Shown here piece by piece: positions 19,024 to 28,979 of a DNA stretch of 64,000 nt (positions within the stretch are counted from its first letter, which is position 1; each line of letters starts with the position of its first letter). A program made the position numbers and the translations under genes. The notes beneath the pieces were generated by a model. The model saw only the letters and a list, made by a program, of their open reading frames with translations, did not search any database and was not told the origin of the DNA. Origin of the DNA: an uncultured Pelagibacteraceae bacterium (GTDB lineage: Bacteria; Pseudomonadota; Alphaproteobacteria; Pelagibacterales; Pelagibacteraceae); NCBI GenBank assembly GCA_902592715.1, contig CACJFS010000005.1, positions 10,489 through 74,488 of the forward strand, in the 5' to 3' direction.

Positions 19024-19455
19024 TTATCTTTTAGAAAACTGGAAGCTTTTTCTCGCTTTTGCTTTGCCGGGTTTTTTTCTCTCTACAGATCTTGAGTCTC
19101 TTGTTGTGAGTTTTTCTTTACGTAACGTTGATTTTAAAGTTTCATCAAATTTTAACAAAGCTCTTGAAATTCCATGCACTAGTGCACCAGCTTGACCAGT
19201 TTGTCCTCCACCCACAACACTAGATCTAACGTCATAATCTGTTGATTGGTTAATAATTTCGAAAGGTCTTAAAATTTGCATTACATGATTAGCTCTTGGA
19301 AAATAGTCATTTAATGATTTTCCATTCACATAAAATTTTCCCGAACCCTTTTTTAACCAAACTTTTGCAACAGATTTTTTTCGTCTTCCTGTTGCATATT
19401 TGCTGTCTTTAAAATCTAATTTTACTTTAGGTGAAGATGTTTGTGTAGTTTCCAT
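19024..19455 (-). CDS. rpsI: 30S ribosomal protein S9
   Basis: TGRRK, GGG.GQAGA, RD.R.VERKK, QFSKR. Confidence 0.98.
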   Translation of the reverse strand: METTQTSSPKVKLDFKDSKYATGRRKKSVAKVWLKKGSGKFYVNGKSLNDYFPRANHVMQILRPFEIINQSTDYDVRSSVVGGGQTGQAGALVHGISRALLKFDETLKSTLRKEKLTTRDSRSVERKKPGKAKARKSFQFSKR

Positions 19456-19456
19456 T

Positions 19457-19915
19457 TTAATTTCTTATTATATTTTTTGCGTTAAGTTTAGCAATTTCAA
19501 TTATTTTCGGATTTTGTGCAGTATGAGGATGATCCTCTCCAGAATAAATTTTAAGTTTTGTTAGTTGTTTTTTTCCCAAGGCTCCTGAAGGTAACATTCT
19601 TTTGACTGCTAACTTTAATACTTCGCCAGGTTTATTTTCACTCAATTTTTCAGGAGTTATTTCTTTAATACCACCAGGATATCCAGTGTGTCTGTAATAT
19701 TTTTTATTTTGAAATTTATTACCTGTAAATTTAATTTGGTCTACATTTTTAATAACAACAAAGTCTCCATGGTCCATGTGGGGGGTATAAGTAGTTTTAT
19801 TCTTCCCTCTTATAATTTTCGATACAACTGCTGCTAGTCTACCAACAACTGCACCAGTGGCATCAATTTCAAACCACTCGCTATTTATCTCGTCTTTTTT
19901 AACAAACTTTGTCAT
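19457..19915 (-). CDS. rplM: 50S ribosomal protein L13
   Basis: GRLA, YTPHMDHGD, YYRHTGYPGG, MLP; start taken at ATG 19915. Confidence 0.97.
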   Translation of the reverse strand: MTKFVKKDEINSEWFEIDATGAVVGRLAAVVSKIIRGKNKTTYTPHMDHGDFVVIKNVDQIKFTGNKFQNKKYYRHTGYPGGIKEITPEKLSENKPGEVLKLAVKRMLPSGALGKKQLTKLKIYSGEDHPHTAQNPKIIEIAKLNAKNIIRN

Positions 19916-20061
19916 GAATGCGGGATTAATACTTATAATTACATATATTGTCAAATTATTATATTTTATTTGTACTGAATGGTTGATTGAATTATGACCA
20001 TTTATTAGTAATAATAGACATCATAAAAACGAATTCACAATATTTTAATTAAAGGAGCCTT

Positions 20062-21393
20062 ATGAGTGATAAAAAAAAAGAACTAAAACCAAATACTTAT
20101 AAATTTGATACTCTCAGTTTACATGCTGGTTATCAACCACACAAAAATGCAGGAGCAAGACAGGTTCCTATATATCAAACAACATCATATCTTTTTGATG
20201 ATGTAGATCACGCAGCAGCTCTATTCAATTTAGAACGTGGTGGTCATATTTACAGTAGAATTTCTAATCCAACAGTTGGAGTATTAGAAGAAAGAGTTGC
20301 ATCATTAGAAGGTGGAACGGCGGCACTAGCAACATCATCTGGAATGAGTGCAATATTTTTGACAATTATGACTCTTTGCGAAGCAGGAGACCACTTAGTT
20401 GTATCATCACAACTTTATGGTGGTACTGTAAACTTGTTTAGACTTACTCTACCAAAATTTGGTATTACATGTACTTTTGTAAAACCAAGAGATACTGAAG
20501 GTTTTAAAAAAGCAATAAAAAAAAATACAAAAGGTATATATGGTGAATTAGTTGGTAATCCTGGTAATGAACTTATGAATATGCCTGAGATTGCTAATAT
20601 CGCCCATGAAGCTGGAATTCCATTAATCGTTGACTCTACTTATCAAACTCCATATTTATGCAAACCATTTGAACATGGTGCTGATATTGTAATTCATTCT
20701 TTAACAAAATGGATGGCTGGTCATGGTTCTTCAATGGCTGGGATATTAGTTGAAGGTGGAAATTTTGATTGGATGCAAAATGATAAATTTCCAACAATGA
20801 CAAAACCATATGAAGGATACCATGGATTATCATTTGCAGAAGAATTTGGTCCTACCGCATTTACTATGAAAGCTAGAGCAGAGGGAATGAGAGACTTTGG
20901 TCCTTGTTTAAGCCCACAAAATGCCTGGAATGTTCTTCAAGGTTTAGAAACATTATCAGTAAGAATGAAAAAGCACTGTGAAAATGCCGAGGAAATGGTC
21001 AAATATTTATCTAAACATGAGAGTGTTGCGTGGGTTTCACATCCAAGTGCACCTAATCATCCAGATTCTGCTCTTGCCGATAAGTTACTTCCAAATGGAA
21101 AAGGATCTATGATAGCATTTGGAATTAAAGGTGGAAAAGATGCGGGAGTTGCGTTTATAAATAATGTAAAATTGGCATCTCACTTAGCAAACGTTGGTGA
21201 TACAAGAACATTAGTTATTCATCCAGCATCAGGAACACATTCTCAAATGGATGAAGCAACATTAAAGTTTGCTGGTTTATCGCATGATATGATTAGATTG
21301 TCTGTAGGTATGGAAGATATTGATGATATTAAAAATGATTTCGAGATTGGGTTTAGAGCAGCAAGAAAACCGAGACTTGTTTCTAATCAATGA
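20062..21393 (+). CDS. metY: O-acetylhomoserine aminocarboxypropyltransferase (MetY-like), paralogue 1
   Basis: PIYQTTSY, YSRISNPT, PLP Lys in HSLTKW, HLANVGD, RLSVG.E. Confidence 0.88.
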   Translation: MSDKKKELKPNTYKFDTLSLHAGYQPHKNAGARQVPIYQTTSYLFDDVDHAAALFNLERGGHIYSRISNPTVGVLEERVASLEGGTAALATSSGMSAIFLTIMTLCEAGDHLVVSSQLYGGTVNLFRLTLPKFGITCTFVKPRDTEGFKKAIKKNTKGIYGELVGNPGNELMNMPEIANIAHEAGIPLIVDSTYQTPYLCKPFEHGADIVIHSLTKWMAGHGSSMAGILVEGGNFDWMQNDKFPTMTKPYEGYHGLSFAEEFGPTAFTMKARAEGMRDFGPCLSPQNAWNVLQGLETLSVRMKKHCENAEEMVKYLSKHESVAWVSHPSAPNHPDSALADKLLPNGKGSMIAFGIKGGKDAGVAFINNVKLASHLANVGDTRTLVIHPASGTHSQMDEATLKFAGLSHDMIRLSVGMEDIDDIKNDFEIGFRAARKPRLVSNQ

Positions 21394-22208
21394 AATTTAA
21401 AGTAAATGGGGATGACGTTTTCGCCTCTACTGGCGGAAGACCGTTTGATAAAAAAAAACCATTAATAATCTTTGTGCATGGAAGTGGTTTAACCCACATG
21501 ACTTGGGTTCTTCAAACAAGATATTTCGCTTTTCATGGCTACAACTCTTTAGCAATTGACCTTCCTGGTCATGGATTGTCAGGTGGCAAAAGTCTTAAAT
21601 CAATTGAAGAAATGGCTGATTGGGTAAGTGCTGTAATTGATGCACTTGGTCATAAGCGGGCATCTTTGGTAGGACACTCACAAGGGTGTTTAGTAACAGT
21701 GGAATGTACATCAAGGTATCCGGACAAAATTAAAACTTTGAGTTTGATGGGTGGAGCTGGTGCTATACCTATGAATCCAGAACTCCTATCACTTGCTGAA
21801 AATAATGATCCAAAAGCAGTAGATTTAATGATGGATTGGGCGCATGGTCCAGCTGGTCACTTTGGAGGTCATCCAGTACCTGGTCTTTACCATATTAATA
21901 CAGGAACAATGCTTGCAAAATCTAGAACAATACAAAATACATTAGGTGTAGATTTTAGAGCTTGTGATAATTACAAGAATGGATTTGAGGCAGCTAAAAA
22001 AATTAAGTGCCCCACTCTTTCAATTTTAGCAACTGATGACAAAATGTGCCCTGTTAAAGAGGGAAAAAAATTAGCTTCATTAATTGATGGTAGTCAAGTT
22101 GATATAATTGATAACTGTGGTCACATGATGTTATTAGAAGAAGCAGATAGAGTATTAACTGTACTTAAAAAATTTATAACTACAAATTATCCCCCATTAT
22201 CAAGTTAA
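21390..22208 (+). CDS. Alpha/beta hydrolase
   Basis: HG, DLPGHG, nucleophile elbow GHSQG, D, GHM; ATGA overlap with metY1. Confidence 0.88.
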   Translation: MKFKVNGDDVFASTGGRPFDKKKPLIIFVHGSGLTHMTWVLQTRYFAFHGYNSLAIDLPGHGLSGGKSLKSIEEMADWVSAVIDALGHKRASLVGHSQGCLVTVECTSRYPDKIKTLSLMGGAGAIPMNPELLSLAENNDPKAVDLMMDWAHGPAGHFGGHPVPGLYHINTGTMLAKSRTIQNTLGVDFRACDNYKNGFEAAKKIKCPTLSILATDDKMCPVKEGKKLASLIDGSQVDIIDNCGHMMLLEEADRVLTVLKKFITTNYPPLSS

Positions 22209-22269
22209 ATTTAAGCTTGATTGTATTTTTTCATTTTAGTTTAATGCATGTTTAAACAGAAGGGGAAAT

Positions 22270-23595
22270 ATGAGTAAAAACAAACATCCAGAAACAATTG
22301 CATTACATGGTGGAGATTACAGAAGTGATCCAGCTACAACGGCAGTAGCAGTACCATTATACAGAACAACATCTTATCAATTTAATGATACAGATCATGC
22401 TGCAAATTTATTTGCACTCAAAGAATTTGGAAACATATACACAAGAATTATGAATCCAACAAATGACGTACTTGAAAAAAGAGTTGCGGCTCTTGAAGGT
22501 GGGTTAGCAGCTGTAACTGTTGGATCAGGACAAGCAGCATCAACATTTGCAATAATGAACGTGTGTCAATCAGGAGATAACTTTGTTAGTTCAACTGATT
22601 TATATGGCGGAACAGTAAATCTATTCACTCACACACTTAAAAAATTAGGTATTGAATGTAGATATGCAGATCCATCAGATCCAAGTAATTTTGAAAAATT
22701 AATTGATGATAGAACAAGATGTTTTTATGCAGAAACTTTGCCTAATCCATATTTAAGAGTATTTCCAATAAAAGAGGTATCTGACATAGGCAGAAAGTAC
22801 AGTATTCCATTAATTATGGATAATACTGCAGCACCAGTAATTTGTAAGCCTTTAGAACATGGAGCTGCTGTAGTAGTTCATTCACTTACTAAATTTATTG
22901 GTGGTCATGGTACGGTAATAGGAGGATGTCTTGTTGATGGAGGTAATTTTGACTGGACAAAGGATCCAAAAAGACAGCCTTTATTTAACGAGCCAGATGC
23001 TAGTTATGGTGGCGCGCAATGGGGTGTTGTTGTTCCACAATTGACAGGAGCAAATGTCTCATACGCAGTAAGAGCACGTGTTGTACTATTAAGAGATCTA
23101 GGAGCACCATTAGCACCTGATAATGCATGGGGAATAATTCAAGGTTTAGAAACTGTTCCCTTAAGAATGAAACAACATTGTTCTAATGCCGAGAAAGCTG
23201 TTGCATTTTTACAAAAACATAAGAATGTAGAGAGAGTTATCTACCCTACTCTTCATAAAGGAGAAATTGGTGAAAGATCCAAAAAATATATGAAGGGTGG
23301 AAATGGAGCACTCATAGGTATCGAAGTTAAAGGTGGTGTTGAAGCAGGTAAAAAATTTATAGAGTCATTAAAGATGTTTTACCATGTTGCAAATATTGGA
23401 GATGCCAGAAGTTTAGCTATTCATCCTGCAACTACTACTCATAGCCAATTAACTGAAGAGGAACTTTTAGCTGCAGGTGTAACACCTGGATATGTAAGGT
23501 TGTCTATAGGTATTGAACATCCAGACGATATTATAGCTGATCTAGATCAAGCTTTAGGAGCTTCTGGAAAACCTAGCTTGAAAGCTGTAAGTTAG
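22270..23595 (+). CDS. metY: O-acetylhomoserine sulfhydrylase MetY, paralogue 2
   Basis: GNIYTRIMNPT, HSLTKFIGGHG, HVANIGD, RLSIGIE. Confidence 0.92.
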   Translation: MSKNKHPETIALHGGDYRSDPATTAVAVPLYRTTSYQFNDTDHAANLFALKEFGNIYTRIMNPTNDVLEKRVAALEGGLAAVTVGSGQAASTFAIMNVCQSGDNFVSSTDLYGGTVNLFTHTLKKLGIECRYADPSDPSNFEKLIDDRTRCFYAETLPNPYLRVFPIKEVSDIGRKYSIPLIMDNTAAPVICKPLEHGAAVVVHSLTKFIGGHGTVIGGCLVDGGNFDWTKDPKRQPLFNEPDASYGGAQWGVVVPQLTGANVSYAVRARVVLLRDLGAPLAPDNAWGIIQGLETVPLRMKQHCSNAEKAVAFLQKHKNVERVIYPTLHKGEIGERSKKYMKGGNGALIGIEVKGGVEAGKKFIESLKMFYHVANIGDARSLAIHPATTTHSQLTEEELLAAGVTPGYVRLSIGIEHPDDIIADLDQALGASGKPSLKAVS

Positions 23596-24604
23596 ATCTT
23601 GTATTTATAAATAAAAAATAGATACAAGAAGCTACTAAAAATATAGAACTTATTTGGTGCATAGATGCAATCAATATCTGTGCACCATATAATAAAGTAA
23701 ATATTCCTAAGACAATCTGCAAAATTATAAAAATTCCTAAAACGTTAACTGATTTATATAAATCAGTTTTTTTATTCCTGTAAATATAAAATAATAAATA
23801 CAGATAAAATAATCCTATTAAATAAGCTAATTTTCTATGTATAAATTGAACCAAAGAAGGGTCGCTAAAAGCAGATAATTTAAATAAATTAATAACATTA
23901 TTATCATTTGGAAAAATTGAGTCACCCATTAATGGCCAGGAATTATAAATTTTACCTGCATCCATTCCTGAGACAAATGCACCAATAGAAATTTGTAAAA
24001 AGACTAAAAAAAGAAAACTCAATGGGAATATAATATTTATAGTATTTAGAAAGTTGTTTTTAACTTTTATTTTTAAATAATTCCAAAAAATTAAAGATAA
24101 AATAAGAAAGGCTACTAATAAATGTATAGATAATCTAAAATGGCTAACATCTACTCTATCGATAAGACCACTGCTTACCATATACCATCCTATAAATCCT
24201 TGAAAACATATTAAAGCAAAGATGAAATAAAGATTTATTAATTTTTTAAATTTAATTTTAAATGAGAAATATATTAGTGGTATTAGAAAAGCTAAACCTA
24301 TTAATCTTCCCATAAATCTATGAGCCCATTCCCACCAAAAGATTACTTTAAATTCTTGCATGGTCATATCATAATTTTGTAATTTAAATTCGGGTATCTC
24401 TTTGTATAAATCAAAATACATAGTCCATTGAGAATTATTAAGTGGTGGAAAGAAACCAGAAAATAGTTGCCATTCAGTAATTGATAAACCAGAATCAGTT
24501 AGTCTTGTTAAGCCTCCAACTACAATCATTGCTGAAATTATCCAAAACATGCTCATAAGCCATATTGATATTTGATTATTAACCTTTAGATTTTCAGTAT
24601 ACAT
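23573..24604 (-). CDS. ctaA: Heme A synthase (COX15/CtaA)
   Basis: GGLTRLTDSGLSITEW, EWAHR, GWYMVSSG, HR, HQ. Confidence 0.95.
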   Translation of the reverse strand: MYTENLKVNNQISIWLMSMFWIISAMIVVGGLTRLTDSGLSITEWQLFSGFFPPLNNSQWTMYFDLYKEIPEFKLQNYDMTMQEFKVIFWWEWAHRFMGRLIGLAFLIPLIYFSFKIKFKKLINLYFIFALICFQGFIGWYMVSSGLIDRVDVSHFRLSIHLLVAFLILSLIFWNYLKIKVKNNFLNTINIIFPLSFLFLVFLQISIGAFVSGMDAGKIYNSWPLMGDSIFPNDNNVINLFKLSAFSDPSLVQFIHRKLAYLIGLFYLYLLFYIYRNKKTDLYKSVNVLGIFIILQIVLGIFTLLYGAQILIASMHQISSIFLVASCIYFLFINTRSNLQLSS

Positions 24605-24647
24605 AAAGGGATAAATATAATAATTTTTGAATTATCCAAATATATAA

Positions 24648-24941
24648 ATGTCGCCATTAAAAAAAAAAAAACTCAGTAAAATAAGAAAAGAACTGGATAA
24701 TTTAGACAATATATTAATAAAAATAATCAAGAAAAGAACCAACCTTGTTAAGAGAGTTTTAGCACTTAAAGAAAAAAAAAACCAAATTGTTGACCAAAAA
24801 AGAATTAATTTAATCCTAAAAAATATTAAAAATAAATCAATTAAAAATAAAATTGATCCAAAGATTACAAATAAAATTTGGAAAAATATGATCTATGCTT
24901 ACATTGATTTTGAAAGAAGAAATTTTAATAAAAAAAAATAA
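24648..24941 (+). CDS. Chorismate mutase (AroQ type)
   Basis: LSKIRKELD.LD, KR, K, IVD..R. Confidence 0.85.
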   Translation: MSPLKKKKLSKIRKELDNLDNILIKIIKKRTNLVKRVLALKEKKNQIVDQKRINLILKNIKNKSIKNKIDPKITNKIWKNMIYAYIDFERRNFNKKK

Positions 24942-24942
24942 A

Positions 24943-25134
24943 TTACTTACTATGCGGTGGTAATTTTTTTTCCACGAAAACCTCATGTTTTCTAGTTGCT
25001 GGGTTATACTTTTTTGCCTTTAGCTTCACTTTAGCCTTTTCACCACCTGCTGGTTTTTTAGCATAATAAAAAAAAGGACTATCTGGCTTTTCCTCGGGAA
25101 CCAATCTAACTTTTACGTGCGTTTTTTTTGCCAT
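24943..25134 (-). CDS. rpmG: 50S ribosomal protein L33
   Basis: MAKK..VKVRL, KL..KKYNP..RKH..F.EKK. Confidence 0.9.
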   Translation of the reverse strand: MAKKTHVKVRLVPEEKPDSPFFYYAKKPAGGEKAKVKLKAKKYNPATRKHEVFVEKKLPPHSK

Positions 25135-25135
25135 T

Positions 25136-25507
25136 TTAATTCTTAATGCTAGTAATTAATTTTTTAATTTTTATAAGTTTTGTTTTAATATTATTTTTTT
25201 GGTTTATAGAGGTATTGTACCATTCGTCAATATCTGAATTATCGGAATTAAGAACCTTTTTAACTCCATTTAAAGTCATACCCTTATCTTTTAGCAAATA
25301 TTTAATCTTTTTTAATATATTAATAGATTTTTCGTCATAATACCTTCTATTACCTGAAAAAAATTTAGGTTTAATTTGTTTAAACTGTTTTTCCCAAAAA
25401 CGTATTGTATGAGTAGATAAGGATCCTTTTTTTTCATTAAAAAGATTTAAAATTTGAGCCACTTCGCCAATAGTTTTATATTTCCTATTACCCTTTGGAT
25501 TATCCAT
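25136..25507 (-). CDS. MerR-family HTH regulator
   Basis: TIGEVA, HTIRFWE, RRYY, GMT..GVKK; conserved after ihfA. Confidence 0.9.
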   Translation of the reverse strand: MDNPKGNRKYKTIGEVAQILNLFNEKKGSLSTHTIRFWEKQFKQIKPKFFSGNRRYYDEKSINILKKIKYLLKDKGMTLNGVKKVLNSDNSDIDEWYNTSINQKNNIKTKLIKIKKLITSIKN

Positions 25508-25796
25508 TTTTATTAATATACTCTTTAAATTCTTTAGAGGCTTTAAAAAGTATTACATTTCTTTCAGAAATTATTTTAACCTCTTTTGTCTTAGGGTTTC
25601 TTCCTATTCGTTGATTTTTTTTTCTTAATGTAAATGTACCAAATTTTGCGATTTTTACTTTTTTATGTTTTATTAAGCTACTTAAAATAATTTGAAATAT
25701 ATCTTCCAACAAATTTTCGCTTATTTTTCTAGAAAATCCTATCTGCATATAGATAGAGTTAATAATTTCTTTCTTTGTTAAATTTATTCTTTTCAC
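25500..25796 (-). CDS. ihfA: Integration host factor alpha
   Basis: VKI..FGTF, RIGRNPKT, FKAS. Confidence 0.92.
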   Translation of the reverse strand: MKRINLTKKEIINSIYMQIGFSRKISENLLEDIFQIILSSLIKHKKVKIAKFGTFTLRKKNQRIGRNPKTKEVKIISERNVILFKASKEFKEYINKNG

Positions 25797-26804
25797 TTAA
25801 TATATGTTTGTCTTTATTTGTTCTATAAGTTTGCCTCTAATAGTTTTTTCGCAAACTTTAAGAGAATTAGCAAAACCCAAGGCGTCTGTAGATCCATGAC
25901 TTTTAATAACAGGTTTATCTAACCCTAGTAATATTGCTCCATTGTAAAGTCTTGGATCAAGTTTATTTTTAAAACTTCTTAAATTGCTAAAATTTAATAA
26001 AGATGATAATTTTCCAATCATAGTTGTGGTTAATGCTTTTTTTAACTCACTAATTATAAAGTTTGAGGTGCCTTCTGCAGTTTTAAGTGCTATATTGCCT
26101 GTGAATCCATCAGCAACTATAACATTAACGTCACCATCCATAATATTATTACCTTCTATATAACCCTTAAATTCAAACAAGGGATATTCATTATCATTAA
26201 GTATTTGGTAAGTATCTTTAATCATAGCATTGCCTTTTAATTCTTCAGATCCAATATTTAATAAAGCAACGCAAGGTTTTTCATTTGAATACAACGCTTT
26301 CAAAAGAGCTGACCCCATGATAGAAAAATCTACTAAATTTTTTGAATTGCATTCAATGTTGGCTCCCAAGTCTAAGACAACATTCATTCCCTTTTTACTA
26401 GGCCAAAGCGCAGATAGAGCAGGCTTATCAATATTATCTATCATTTTTAAGTTAAGTTTAGATATTAAGAAAAGAGCTCCAGTATTTCCTGCTGATACTA
26501 TTGCATGGGCTTCATCTTTTTTTAAAGATTCAATTGCGAGCCATAAACTTGTCTTCTTGCCTTTTTTTGCTGCAGATAAAGCTGAGTCTTCGCCTTCTAC
26601 AAATTTATCTGTATGTATTAAATAAAATCTATCATTAGAAAGGTTAAATTTTTTTATAAGAGGGTTTATTAAATTACCATCTCCAAAAATTTTATATTTT
26701 ACATCTTTTGATAAACTTGAATGAAGACTGATACCCTCAATAACTTTGCTAGGTGAATTATCACCACCCATTGCATCAATTGCAATTATTATTGGGTTGT
26801 TCAT
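25797..26804 (-). CDS. plsX: Phosphate acyltransferase PlsX
   Basis: IDAMGGD, SAGNTGA, DLGAN, DGFTGN..LK..EG, KSHG. Confidence 0.96.
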   Translation of the reverse strand: MNNPIIIAIDAMGGDNSPSKVIEGISLHSSLSKDVKYKIFGDGNLINPLIKKFNLSNDRFYLIHTDKFVEGEDSALSAAKKGKKTSLWLAIESLKKDEAHAIVSAGNTGALFLISKLNLKMIDNIDKPALSALWPSKKGMNVVLDLGANIECNSKNLVDFSIMGSALLKALYSNEKPCVALLNIGSEELKGNAMIKDTYQILNDNEYPLFEFKGYIEGNNIMDGDVNVIVADGFTGNIALKTAEGTSNFIISELKKALTTTMIGKLSSLLNFSNLRSFKNKLDPRLYNGAILLGLDKPVIKSHGSTDALGFANSLKVCEKTIRGKLIEQIKTNIY

Positions 26805-26809
26805 AAAAA

Positions 26810-26989
26810 CTAATCTTTTGGATCTAAAACCTGTCTACCTTTATACATACCTGTTTTTAAATCTAAATGATGTGATAGCCTATACTCACCAGATTTTTTA
26901 TCCTCAATAATATTTTTTGAAAACGTTTTTTGATGTGAACGTCTTTTTCCTGCTCTTGATTTAGAAGTTTTTCGTTTAGGTACAGCCAT
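26810..26989 (-). CDS. rpmF: 50S ribosomal protein L32, 59 aa (not in the ORF track)
   Basis: [19 protein letters not shown]...GMYKGRQV, read from the reverse strand. Confidence 0.96.
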   Translation of the reverse strand: MAVPKRKTSKSRAGKRRSHQKTFSKNIIEDKKSGEYRLSHHLDLKTGMYKGRQVLDPKD

Positions 26990-26991
26990 AA

Positions 26992-27465
26992 TTAAAATCC
27001 TATTTCTATTATATCTTTTGTTAAGATATTTAAAGAGTTTTTTGTCAAAAAATCTCTATATTTATCGAAGTAATTAACAATTATATCGTTATCTTCGTGA
27101 ATATTTATGAAATTGGCAATTAAGACTAATTTATCAACTTTGGATAAGTTGTCCCAATTTTCAATCTTTTCTAAAATAGAGTAAAAAAGATTGACATATT
27201 CCTTCATTTTTTTATTAACCGCAACATCCCCATATCCTATTTCTCTTATTGATAATTCAATCTGTCTAATAAAAAAATCAAATAAATCCTGAGAATATTT
27301 TTTTGATAATTTAAATTTATTAATTTTAAATAAAAATCCAAAATGAAATAAAAGTATTACTAATCTATCTGAAAATGTATCGTTATTTTTAAGATTTAAA
27401 TAGAGATTTTTATTTCTAGTTAAATTAATCAAATTATTGTAAATATTTAAAAAATCATTATTCAT
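26992..27465 (-). CDS. Ubiquinol-cytochrome c chaperone (Cbp3-like)
   Basis: DTF..R, LH, REIGYGD.AV.KKMK; divergent from bamE as usual. Confidence 0.85.
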   Translation of the reverse strand: MNNDFLNIYNNLINLTRNKNLYLNLKNNDTFSDRLVILLFHFGFLFKINKFKLSKKYSQDLFDFFIRQIELSIREIGYGDVAVNKKMKEYVNLFYSILEKIENWDNLSKVDKLVLIANFINIHEDNDIIVNYFDKYRDFLTKNSLNILTKDIIEIGF

Positions 27466-27918
27466 ATGAGAATTATTTTTTTATTTATTCTATTTTTTCT
27501 TACACTGAATTGCTCAATAAATAAAGTTTCAAATCTTCACGGTTTTAGGTTTATTGAAACAAAATATGAAGAAATTAAAATAGATAAAACAAATAAAAAT
27601 GATGTTAGAAAAATAATAGGACCACCATCCTCTGTAAGTAAATTTGATGACACATGGTTTTATATAGAGAGGAAAAAAACAAATCAAACATTATTAAAAC
27701 TTGGAAAAAAAAAATTGGATAAAAATAATGTTTTAATTATAGAATTTAATAAGATGGGATTGGTTTTAAATAAAGAACTTTTAAACCTAGATGATATGAA
27801 TGATATAAAAAGAGCAGAAGCTAAAACAAATAAAAAATTTGATCAAGATAATTTACTTAGTGACGTATTAACCACGCTTAGAGAAAAGATAAATGCCCCT
27901 ACGCGAAGAAAAAAATGA
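27466..27918 (+). CDS. bamE: Outer membrane assembly lipoprotein BamE/OmlA
   Basis: Lipobox TLNC, HG, V..IIGPPS, WFY. Confidence 0.85.
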   Translation: MRIIFLFILFFLTLNCSINKVSNLHGFRFIETKYEEIKIDKTNKNDVRKIIGPPSSVSKFDDTWFYIERKKTNQTLLKLGKKKLDKNNVLIIEFNKMGLVLNKELLNLDDMNDIKRAEAKTNKKFDQDNLLSDVLTTLREKINAPTRRKK

Positions 27919-27993
27919 TGGCGGTCCCTAGGGGAATCGAACCCCTCTTTCATGGATGAAAACCATGTGTCCTAACCGATAGACGAAGGGACC
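27919..27993 (-). tRNA. tRNA-Glu(UUC)
   Basis: Cloverleaf GGTCCCT...AGGGACC-G-CCA; anticodon arm CATGG-TTTTCAT-CCATG. Confidence 0.97.
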
Positions 27994-28028
27994 AGTGTTG
28001 GATCTTTTATTGTAATTTTTTCAAATAA

Positions 28029-28973
28029 TCAAGTAATCGAGGTCTCTTTTTTTACGATTTCTAAAATATTTTTATTATAAGTTACAATTGTTTCCGTAAT
28101 GTACTTACCATTTTTTTTTACAATTCCATTCATTAAGTCACCAGGTGTAATACCTGTTGCACAAAAAATACTTTGTCCTCTAACAATTTCATTAATTTCA
28201 TATTTTTTGTTTAAATCTTTAATGCCCATTCTTTTTGCTCTTACTTTATCCTCATTTGAATTAAACAAAAATCGACCTTGAAATTTACAATTTAATTTAT
28301 CTAAAGCTGCAGCGGCAATTACACCCTCGGGTCCACCACCTATACCCATAAATATATCAACTCCAAATTTTTTATCTGAGACAAGTAATGCTCCACTAAC
28401 ATCACCATCTGATATATATTTTATATTAACATTTAATCTTTTTAAATCATTTATGATTTTTTGGTGTCTTGGTCTATCTAATAAACATACCGTTATTTCA
28501 TTTAATTTTTTTTTTGAAGCCTTTGAATAGTTTGTAATATTTTTCTCCACAGTAAAATCAAGATCTATAGTATCTTTTGGAATATGATTCCCTGTTGCAA
28601 TTTTTTCCATATACGTTTCAGGAGCTTTAAAAAGATTACCTTTTTCAGAAACAGCCATTACCGACATTGAGCCTGGTAAATTTTTGGCTACAAAATTTGT
28701 ACCTTCAACAGGATCAACAGCAATGTCAATCTCTGGACCATTTCCTGTGCCAAGTTTTTCTCCTATATAAAGCATTGGCGCTTCATCTAATTCGCCCTCA
28801 CCTATCACTACCTCACCCTTGATGTTTAATTTATTAAGCTGGTCTCGCATAATATCAGTTGCGGCTTTATCAGCTAAAATTTTTTCATTTTTACCAATAT
28901 ATGGATAACAAGCAATTGCTGAATTAGATGTAATATCTATAAGATTATTTAATAACTCTTGAGATAACTTCAT
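28029..28973 (-). CDS. glpX: Fructose-1,6-bisphosphatase class II
   Basis: VVIGEGE.DEAPMLYIGE, DPVEGT, DGDV, GGPEGV. Confidence 0.96.
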   Translation of the reverse strand: MKLSQELLNNLIDITSNSAIACYPYIGKNEKILADKAATDIMRDQLNKLNIKGEVVIGEGELDEAPMLYIGEKLGTGNGPEIDIAVDPVEGTNFVAKNLPGSMSVMAVSEKGNLFKAPETYMEKIATGNHIPKDTIDLDFTVEKNITNYSKASKKKLNEITVCLLDRPRHQKIINDLKRLNVNIKYISDGDVSGALLVSDKKFGVDIFMGIGGGPEGVIAAAALDKLNCKFQGRFLFNSNEDKVRAKRMGIKDLNKKYEINEIVRGQSIFCATGITPGDLMNGIVKKNGKYITETIVTYNKNILEIVKKETSIT

Positions 28974-28979
28974 TAAATA

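Noticed and set aside
19916-22269. SAM riboswitch upstream of either metY
   Set aside because: Leaders are short and AT-rich, with no recognisable SAM-II/SAM-V pseudoknot
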